From the NCBI GenBank assembly GCA_031422675.1, contig JANPMG010000009.1:6750-70749 (forward strand): a stretch of 64,000 nt of DNA, written 5' to 3'. How positions within the stretch are numbered: the first letter of the stretch is position 1; every line of letters begins with the position of its first letter. Shown in pieces: positions 55,958-64,000 of the stretch. This DNA is from Acidimicrobiia bacterium (GTDB lineage: Bacteria; Actinomycetota; Acidimicrobiia; IMCC26256; JAENVU01). A program made the translations under genes and the position numbers. The notes below the pieces were generated by a model. It was not told the DNA's origin, searched no databases, and was given only the letters and a program-made list of their open reading frames with translations.

Positions 55958-56893
55958 CTAGGGCCGGCCGGCGGAGCCGCGAGTGCGAGGGGTCGACGCG
56001 TTGTCCGAACCTGCCTCGGCCTCCGGCGCGGCGTGGTCGGTGCCGGTCACGTTCTTGTTGTCGCTCGCATCCGATCCGGTCCCGATGCCACCGGTATCGG
56101 GCGCGCCGACCGGCGTGGATTGATCATCGCCTTGGCGGCCGTGGTCCTGTCCCGATGCGCCGGAACCGCGCGTGGACGGCTGCTCGGCCGGGCCTCGCTC
56201 CGCAACCTTCGGTCGGTCGGCCGGCGGCTGGCCGTTGTCGTGACGGTTCGCCAACACATCGGCGCAGTACTCCTTCACCAGCTGCCCATCGGCACGGGCC
56301 GCGCGGCGCAGGTTCGTGAACGCGGTGGAGGTCGCACTCTCGCCGCGATCTGCGTCGGTGCGATTGCGCGCGGCCCACGCCACGCAGAGACCCTGCTTTG
56401 CGGGGCCGGCGGCGTCAGGGCCGACGGGCGCATCGGCCCGATGATCGCGCTCGGAGTCCGTGACTCGATCCGATTCGTGCGAATCAGGATTCGGGACATC
56501 GACGTTCACGTGTGACAGCGCGGCCGCGACGGTGGATTGGGCTGCGTCGGGCAATGATCCCGTCGCCGCCGCTGCAGTGGCGCCGACGAGCACCAGCGCG
56601 GTCGCGAGACTCGCGGCGCGGGCTGAGATACGACGAGAGTTCATGTGGGTACCCTTCAGGGAGTCGAGACGGGTCGGCGCGGCGCGTACCGCAGCGGCAA
56701 TTGATGCCACGGCCTCCTGCTCACCGGCTCCGTCCGACGTCGTTGGCGATCGGAGCGCGGCGAGCAACCACCCGACCGACTCAGGAACGGCAGGATCGCC
56801 CGGCGCGGCTTCACCGGCGAGGAGCCGGTCGGCGGCGGATGCGGAGGAGCCGGAAACGGTCATGGCTTCGGTAGAATCGTCCGAACCAGTCAT
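55958..56893 (-). CDS. membrane-anchored low-complexity protein, probable anti-sigma/partner of the ECF
   Basis: ATGA overlap with the sigma gene; one TM helix, a Cys pair, acidic disordered tail. Confidence 0.6.
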   Translation of the reverse strand: MTGSDDSTEAMTVSGSSASAADRLLAGEAAPGDPAVPESVGWLLAALRSPTTSDGAGEQEAVASIAAAVRAAPTRLDSLKGTHMNSRRISARAASLATALVLVGATAAAATGSLPDAAQSTVAAALSHVNVDVPNPDSHESDRVTDSERDHRADAPVGPDAAGPAKQGLCVAWAARNRTDADRGESATSTAFTNLRRAARADGQLVKEYCADVLANRHDNGQPPADRPKVAERGPAEQPSTRGSGASGQDHGRQGDDQSTPVGAPDTGGIGTGSDASDNKNVTGTDHAAPEAEAGSDNASTPRTRGSAGRP

Positions 56894-57489
56894 CGCGTTA
56901 CACGCTTCTCGCCGAGTATCCGCTCGAGCCGGCGCAGCGCTCGATGCTGAATCACCCGCACGGTCCCCGGTCGCTTCCGAACCAGCGCCGCGACCTGATC
57001 CACATCGAGGCCGGCAACCACCCGCAGGAGCACGATCTCAGCGTGGTCGTGCGGCAGCCACCGGCGTACGAACGCCACGGCGGCATCGCCATCCATGGCC
57101 TCGAGGACGATCGCCTGCGGATCCGCGGCCGCGTCGGGACGGTCGAGGTCTTCGACCGGCGCGACATCGGTTCGCCGGCGCGCCAAGGTCCGTCGGAGGT
57201 CGGCGAGCCGGCGGCGGGCGATCGAGAAGACCCACGCGCGGAACGCGATCTCGTCGCCCTCGAACGCGTGAAGACGCTGCGCGACCGCGAGCCAGACCTC
57301 GCTCTCGAGATCTTCGGCCGCGCCCCCGGCACGCGCTCCGAAATAACCCCGAAGCCGAGGATGGAGGTCGCGGTACAGCACCGCAACCGCCCAGTCCTCA
57401 CCCGCCCGTGCGGCGGCGAGGACTTCACCAAACTCGACCACCGGCTCCACCTGAGAGGTCTCGACCGGCCCGGCCCCGTACTGAACCAC
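56890..57489 (-). CDS. ECF RNA polymerase sigma factor
   Basis: AEDLESEVWL, FRAWVFSIARRR, GTVRVIQHRAL; start uncertain. Confidence 0.9.
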   Translation of the reverse strand: MVQYGAGPVETSQVEPVVEFGEVLAAARAGEDWAVAVLYRDLHPRLRGYFGARAGGAAEDLESEVWLAVAQRLHAFEGDEIAFRAWVFSIARRRLADLRRTLARRRTDVAPVEDLDRPDAAADPQAIVLEAMDGDAAVAFVRRWLPHDHAEIVLLRVVAGLDVDQVAALVRKRPGTVRVIQHRALRRLERILGEKRVTR

Positions 57490-57518
57490 CCGGCCGCCCG
57501 CAGGGACGCATCGAGTGG

Positions 57519-58490
57519 TCAGACTTCCCGGTCTCCGGCGGCGGGCTCGAACGCGGCGGCCAGTTCGGAATATGCGTCGAGGGCGCCCGCGTAGGAGTCC
57601 GGGACGGGGACGTGAGCGAGGAAGTCGGTCACGCCCGCGTCGGCGAGGCGCGCCGCGCCGTCCATGGCGGCGGCGAGGTCGAGTGACTGATCCGGCCGGC
57701 GCGGTATCGGCAACGGGGCCAGCACCGCGAGGGCCGCTCCGTCACCGCCGGCTTGATCGACGGCCGCGCGCATTCGAGGGATACCGGTCACCGGGTCGGC
57801 GGCGTCCTGACCCCACGGGATCCAGCCACTTCCGAATCGGGCCAGGCGGCGCGCCACGGCGCCGTTGGCCCGTCCGCTCACCCAGATCGGCACGCCGCCC
57901 GTTTGAACCGGCTTGGGCATCGAGTGGATCGCCTCGAAGCGAAGATCCGGTGACTCGAAGTTCGCGCGCTGTTCACGCCACAGGGTCTGACAGACCGACA
58001 GGCTCTGATCGAGGAGCCGTCCACGGGCGCCGAAGTCGAGGCCGGCCGCTTCGTACTCCTCCCGCTGCCAGCCGATACCGACACCGAGGTCGACGCGGCC
58101 GTTCGACAGAACGTCGAGTGTGGCCAACTGCTTCGCGAGCACAACCGGGGTGCGGAGCGCGGCGAGCAGGATGTAGGTGCCGAGCCGTACGCGCGTCGTC
58201 TGCGCGGCGACCACGGTCAGGACGGTGAGCGGTTCCAGCCAGTGCCCGTCCGGGCCGGTGGGTTGGCGCCCGCCGTCGACTCCGCCGACCTCGGGGTCGG
58301 CGTAGGCCTCCAGGTTCTCTCCGAACGCCACGTGGTCGGACACGACGATGCGGTCGATCCCGGCGTCGTCCGCAGCGCGCGCTTGTTCGAAGATCGGCGC
58401 CCAGGTCTCAGGGGCCTCCGCCGCAAAGGTGCGGAGCGACACGGTGAGTCGCCGCGCGCTCACGATGGCCGACTGCGTTGGTTGAGACAC
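57519..58490 (-). CDS. LLM-class F420-dependent oxidoreductase
   Basis: VSDH, LAKQLATLDVLSNGRVDLGVGIGW, PKPVQ...PIW. Confidence 0.9.
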   Translation of the reverse strand: MSQPTQSAIVSARRLTVSLRTFAAEAPETWAPIFEQARAADDAGIDRIVVSDHVAFGENLEAYADPEVGGVDGGRQPTGPDGHWLEPLTVLTVVAAQTTRVRLGTYILLAALRTPVVLAKQLATLDVLSNGRVDLGVGIGWQREEYEAAGLDFGARGRLLDQSLSVCQTLWREQRANFESPDLRFEAIHSMPKPVQTGGVPIWVSGRANGAVARRLARFGSGWIPWGQDAADPVTGIPRMRAAVDQAGGDGAALAVLAPLPIPRRPDQSLDLAAAMDGAARLADAGVTDFLAHVPVPDSYAGALDAYSELAAAFEPAAGDREV

Positions 58491-58546
58491 ATGACTTCTC
58501 CCGATGGTCAGGGCTTCGGATGATCAGAGTGTTGAGCGCGAGTCGC

Positions 58547-59608
58547 CTATCCCCTCGCCCGCTTGGCGTGCTGGTGCCGATGATGCGCGTCGCTCACATG
58601 CGCGTGCTCGTGCACGAGGTGCTCGTGTTCGTGCGGATGACTGTGCGGTGCCGCCGGGTCGAGCCGGGGTGGATGATCGTGCTGATGATGTTCGTCGTGC
58701 ACATGGCGATGGTCGTGTTGCATCGGCTGGTGGCGGTGTCGGTGTTCGTGGTGATCGCCCACCAGCAGTACGGCTCCGGCGGCCATGGCGCCGGCGGCCA
58801 GGAGATCGAGCCGGTTCCACGAATCGCCGAGCAACGGCACCGCGAGCACCGCACCAGCAAACGGCGCGGTGGCAAAGATCGCGGCCTCGCGTGCCGCGCC
58901 GAGCAGCCGCAACGCATACGCGTCGAGCACGACGCTGATCCCGTACGCGAGAGCCCCGAGCGCAAGCGCCCCACCGATCGCACCCAACGGCGGGCCGGAC
59001 TCGCCACGCACCAGCGCGATGGAGATGTTGACCATGGCGGCGACACCCGTCTTGACCGCAACGATCTGGAACGGATCCCGTCCGGAAATGGACTGGGTCA
59101 GGTTGTTGTCGACGGCCCACGCGAGGCACGCCAGGCCGATGAGGACGACACCCAATCCGTCGATCGTCCCCGCGCCACCGCGGAACCCGATGAGCGCCGA
59201 CCCCGCGAAGATCGCCACCGTTCCGAGCCCGGCCCGGCGACCGAGATGCTCGCGCATGACCCAGACCCCGACCATCAGGGTCAACGGCCCTTCGAGGTTC
59301 AGCAGCAGCGAGCCCGATACGCCGGTCACCCGCTCGAGCCCGAACATCAGGAGCACCGGCGCGACGATCCCACCGGTCACGACGACGACGCCGAGGCGCG
59401 GCAGATCCGAACGTCGGAGTCCGGCTTCGTGGCGCCGGGGACGCGTGGCGAGCAGCGGCGCGACCGCAACGAACGCGCCGAGGTAGAGCAACCCGGCCAA
59501 CAGCTGGGGGCCGACGGAGTCCAGCAACACCTTCGAGAACGGTGCGCTGGCGCCGAACAACAGCGCGGCGGCGAGACCGATCGGGTAACCGGATCGTCCC
59601 TCGCGCAC
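58547..59608 (-). CDS. EamA/DMT transporter with His-rich C-terminal tail
   Basis: About 10 TM helices; LLLNLE, WAVDNNLT; tail HHEHRHRH...HRHQH. Confidence 0.85.
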   Translation of the reverse strand: MREGRSGYPIGLAAALLFGASAPFSKVLLDSVGPQLLAGLLYLGAFVAVAPLLATRPRRHEAGLRRSDLPRLGVVVVTGGIVAPVLLMFGLERVTGVSGSLLLNLEGPLTLMVGVWVMREHLGRRAGLGTVAIFAGSALIGFRGGAGTIDGLGVVLIGLACLAWAVDNNLTQSISGRDPFQIVAVKTGVAAMVNISIALVRGESGPPLGAIGGALALGALAYGISVVLDAYALRLLGAAREAAIFATAPFAGAVLAVPLLGDSWNRLDLLAAGAMAAGAVLLVGDHHEHRHRHQPMQHDHRHVHDEHHQHDHPPRLDPAAPHSHPHEHEHLVHEHAHVSDAHHRHQHAKRARG

Positions 59609-59639
59609 CGCTCGAAGCTACCCGCCCCCAACCCGCCAA

Positions 59640-60359
59640 TCAGCGCTCGTATCGCGCCTCAGGGGGAGCATTTCGCGTGTCGGTTCGGGAGTTCGGCGAG
59701 ATACCGGGCTCGGCGGCACCGATTCCGGCGGTCGACGATCCCGTCAGCATCGCCGCCACCGCGTCGGCCGCGAGTCGATGCCACGTCGCCGCCCGCCGCA
59801 GCATCGTGTGGCCGGTATGCGCAAGCCGAAGCGAGACCACCTCGCGCGCCACCGTTGCGGTCTTCGCTGCGAACCGTGCGGTCGCGTCGGGACTGGTCGT
59901 GCGATCGTTCGCCCCATGAAGCAACACCACCCGCAGATCCGCGAGCTGAACGTGGGGTTCACCCTCGGGGATCCACGGCGCGAGACCGACGACGCCGGCG
60001 ACGTGGGCCAGTCCACCGGCCCGCAGCGCGGCCCGGCCACCCATGGAATGACCGACGAGCACGATCGGCACCGACCCGAACCGGGCTTCGATCACCCGGA
60101 CAGCGAAGGCAACGTCGTCGACGGGGTCGGCGTGATTCCAACCGCGGTGCCGGTACCGAACGAGCACGATTGCGCGGTCCGGAACTGCACGCCGGATCGC
60201 TCGGACGAACGGCTTCATTCGGAGAACGACCAGGCTGGATTCGCGCACCCGATCCGTGCCTCGCTCACGACCTCCGGGGAGCACGATCACGACCGAGCGA
60301 ACGGCCCCGTCGGGGAGATCGATCGATAGCTGCGGTTCGTCTCCGTCCACCCTCGTCAC
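59640..60359 (-). CDS. alpha/beta hydrolase
   Basis: YRHRGWN, GHSMGG, HG.ND, GH; start uncertain. Confidence 0.75.
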   Translation of the reverse strand: MTRVDGDEPQLSIDLPDGAVRSVVIVLPGGRERGTDRVRESSLVVLRMKPFVRAIRRAVPDRAIVLVRYRHRGWNHADPVDDVAFAVRVIEARFGSVPIVLVGHSMGGRAALRAGGLAHVAGVVGLAPWIPEGEPHVQLADLRVVLLHGANDRTTSPDATARFAAKTATVAREVVSLRLAHTGHTMLRRAATWHRLAADAVAAMLTGSSTAGIGAAEPGISPNSRTDTRNAPPEARYER

Positions 60360-60401
60360 GGTCGACAGTCTTCCCGCAATCGAGATCCCCAACCGCCGCG
60401 G

Positions 60402-61772
60402 TCACTGCACGATGAAGGCCGTGACCATGCCGAACATCATGCCGTCGGCCCGCTCGGCGTGGCTCAGGATGTGGCAGTGAAAGGCCCACACACCTTTGTC
60501 CGACTCCTTGGGCGCAACCAACACCGTGTAGCGCTCGCCCGGGGCCACGAGCACCGTGTCCGCCAGGTACGGCGAGGACAAGGGGAACCCGTCCTTCGCG
60601 ATCACGAGTTGTGGGATGCCGTGCAGGTGCATCGGGTGGACCTGCTGGCCCTCGTTCATGTAGTGGATTTCGACCGTGTCCCCGACCGCCGCGACGACCG
60701 GCGCCGTCGCCGGGAAGGACTTCCCGTTCAGTGAGAATCCGATCACGCCGGAATCGTTCAAGATCATCGGAAGTTCCTGCGTCACCGGTCCGTTGCCCGA
60801 CGGGATCGGTTGGTCGCCGATGATGAAGGCTCCCAGCAGGCCGTCGGCGACCTGGCCCACGGCATAGTCGTGTGAGTGGTACATGCCCACGGCCGGCCCC
60901 TCGGCATCGAACTCATACGTGAAGGTCTTGCCGGGCTTGATCGGGTCCTGAGTGATGTAGGGCACACCGTCCATCGCGTTCGGCGTCTCGATGCCGTGGA
61001 AGTGGACGCTGGTCGACTGCGGAAGTTCGTTCGTGACGACGATCTTCACGCGATCGCCATTCGCGACCTTGATCATCGGGCCCGGCACCTGCCCGTTGTA
61101 AGCCCACGCCTGGACGGTCTTGCCCGGCTCGACCTGCCAGTCGACGATCTTCGCTTCGAGTGAGAACTGCTTGGTGCCGTCGGGAAGTATTTCCGGTGCC
61201 AAGAGCTGGTTCCCGAACCCCTTCGTATTCATACCCTTCGTCAGCTGATCCGTGTAGTCGATGATCTGCTGGTCCATCGCGTGACTGTTCGCCGAGTCGG
61301 CCGACTTCAGCGCGGCAGTGTCGACGCCCGCGCTCGCGCTCCCGGTCGCACCGCCGATCATCAGCATCGCGGTCATCCCTGAGTCCACGTGGCCGGGGAT
61401 CTCGCAGATGATGGTGTAGTTGCCCTTTTTCAAGCCGTCGAGCGAGAGGCTCCCGGTCTCGCCCGGCTGCAAGTTCTTCGATCGCAACTCCGTGTTCTTG
61501 ACGGCGAGATTGTGCTCGACGAGCCCTCCGTTGGTGATGCTGATGGTGCCGTCGACCGGCGCGCTGGTCATCGCCGGCTCGATCGCGAACTCGGTGAGGG
61601 TGACCTTCGTAGCCGATCCGCCGACGGCGGCCTCCGCCTTGGCATCGTCGCTCTTGGTGTTGGCCAGCGCCGCGATTCCCAACGCGCTGAACGCGAGCAG
61701 GACTGCGAGCAGGGCAAACAGCCACGCCCCCATCCCGAACACTTCACGATCGTTGCGCCGTAACTTCAGCAC
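60402..61772 (-). CDS. membrane-anchored cupredoxin fused to a two-domain multicopper oxidase
   Basis: HNL...CEIPGH...M; HFHG, YHSH, HPMHLHG, HCHILSH...M. Confidence 0.88.
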   Translation of the reverse strand: MLKLRRNDREVFGMGAWLFALLAVLLAFSALGIAALANTKSDDAKAEAAVGGSATKVTLTEFAIEPAMTSAPVDGTISITNGGLVEHNLAVKNTELRSKNLQPGETGSLSLDGLKKGNYTIICEIPGHVDSGMTAMLMIGGATGSASAGVDTAALKSADSANSHAMDQQIIDYTDQLTKGMNTKGFGNQLLAPEILPDGTKQFSLEAKIVDWQVEPGKTVQAWAYNGQVPGPMIKVANGDRVKIVVTNELPQSTSVHFHGIETPNAMDGVPYITQDPIKPGKTFTYEFDAEGPAVGMYHSHDYAVGQVADGLLGAFIIGDQPIPSGNGPVTQELPMILNDSGVIGFSLNGKSFPATAPVVAAVGDTVEIHYMNEGQQVHPMHLHGIPQLVIAKDGFPLSSPYLADTVLVAPGERYTVLVAPKESDKGVWAFHCHILSHAERADGMMFGMVTAFIVQ

Positions 61773-61833
61773 GAATCCTCCGTTGCCAGTTGATGGTCCT
61801 TCTCATCTTCTGTATCGCCCGCGCCGCGTTCCA

Positions 61834-61847
61834 GGGTCCAAGGTCAC
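61834..61847. promoter_or_regulatory. DosR/DevR-like box
   Basis: GGGTC-CAAG-GTCAC resembles the GGGAC-N4-GTCCC core; lies between divergent genes near a DosS-like kinase. Confidence 0.45.
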
Positions 61848-61931
61848 AACGGTTAGAGAGCGAGGGCCCTTCACCGGCGGCCGCCCGGCGCCAGAGAATC
61901 GGACTGACAACCACCCACGGGAGGCACGGCG

Positions 61932-62543
61932 ATGGAGATACTGGTCACCGAATCGATCGCCGGGGCCGCCCGGACCGCAACCCAAGAGTTGGAGGCCGCC
62001 GGTCACCGCGTCCGCCGGTGTCACGACGACGACGCCGCGCCCTTCCCCTGCGCCGGACTGTTGTCCGAATGCCCGCTCGACGGAGATTCGATCGACCTCG
62101 TGCTCGCGATCCGCCCGCACGTGGCACCCCGCCCGGCCGCCGACGAGGCCGGCATCACTTGCGGGCTCCGGCGACGCATCCCCGTCGCGATCGCGGGACA
62201 ATCCGTGATGAACCCGTTCGAGCCGTTCGGTGCCGAGGTGATCAATGGGAGTCTCGTCCGCGAATGCGACCGGATCGCCTCGGGCCGCCGACCGGGCCAC
62301 GAGGCGGTGGCGGGCGCGGCGACCCGCGCCGCACTCGTTGCGGGCGGGTTGCCAACCGAGCCCTCCGACGTGGCAGTTCAGCGCGTGGACGGTCGGCTCC
62401 GGGTGCGCATCTTCGTTCCGGCCGAGGTCCCGGAGATGGTGCGCCGGAAGATCGCGGTTCGCGTCGTGGGACAGCTCCGCGCGTTCGACCGGCATGCTGG
62501 CGGTATCGACGTCGGCGTGGCGTCGATCGGTACTGGCACTTGA
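61932..62543 (+). CDS. hypothetical protein with clustered Cys
   Basis: GGAGG RBS; RCH-x8-C-x6-CPL and a later TC. Confidence 0.7.
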   Translation: MEILVTESIAGAARTATQELEAAGHRVRRCHDDDAAPFPCAGLLSECPLDGDSIDLVLAIRPHVAPRPAADEAGITCGLRRRIPVAIAGQSVMNPFEPFGAEVINGSLVRECDRIASGRRPGHEAVAGAATRAALVAGGLPTEPSDVAVQRVDGRLRVRIFVPAEVPEMVRRKIAVRVVGQLRAFDRHAGGIDVGVASIGTGT

Positions 62544-62646
62544 GGCATTTGGCGTAGCGCCGTCGACGCGGAGGCGGTTCGATTCAGGGCCGCAACCCCC
62601 GGAAATCGGGCGCGGCTATGGTCGCCGCACCCGCGGCGACCGCTGA

Positions 62647-64000
<1,354 letters not shown>

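Noticed and set aside
58478-60415. 645-aa plus-strand ORF with a Met/Val-rich start
   Set aside because: The Met/Val run is the reverse complement of the His codons of the DMT tail.

Overview
This is a 64 kb, GC-rich, densely coding window. Gene content (F420-dependent LLM enzyme, DosS-like kinase, SigK-like ECF sigma, VapBC, apparent leaderless starts) suggests an actinobacterium, probably Acidimicrobiia; the taxon is inferred. No rRNA, tRNA, CRISPR array or transposase is visible. Most of the window encodes lipid/aromatic catabolism and secreted hydrolases. Five loci stand out. (1) A light-sensing locus at about 13-19 kb: heliorhodopsin, an ECF sigma with no adjacent anti-sigma, an HTH-less CarH-type B12 photoreceptor with a globin/phycobiliprotein-like tail, and twin divergent ECF-type promoters. 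(2) An operon of three carotenoid-oxygenase-family genes wrapped around a Liv-type ABC importer (25.8-35.2 kb). (3) A glutathione peroxidase with in-frame UGA at the catalytic Cys position and an fdhF-like SECIS hairpin, i.e. a selenoprotein (46.0-46.5 kb). (4) A candidate undescribed surface polyamide system: DUF1611-like P-loop NTPase, ABC exporter and CapA with no CapB/CapC, flanked by two paralogous PahZ1-like hydrolases, a GT2 and a divergent phytase (46.5-55.8 kb). (5) A cupredoxin-fused two-domain multicopper oxidase behind a DosR-like box near a DosS-like kinase. Two families of REP-like palindromes occur between genes. All family calls come from motif recognition by eye; no database searches were run.
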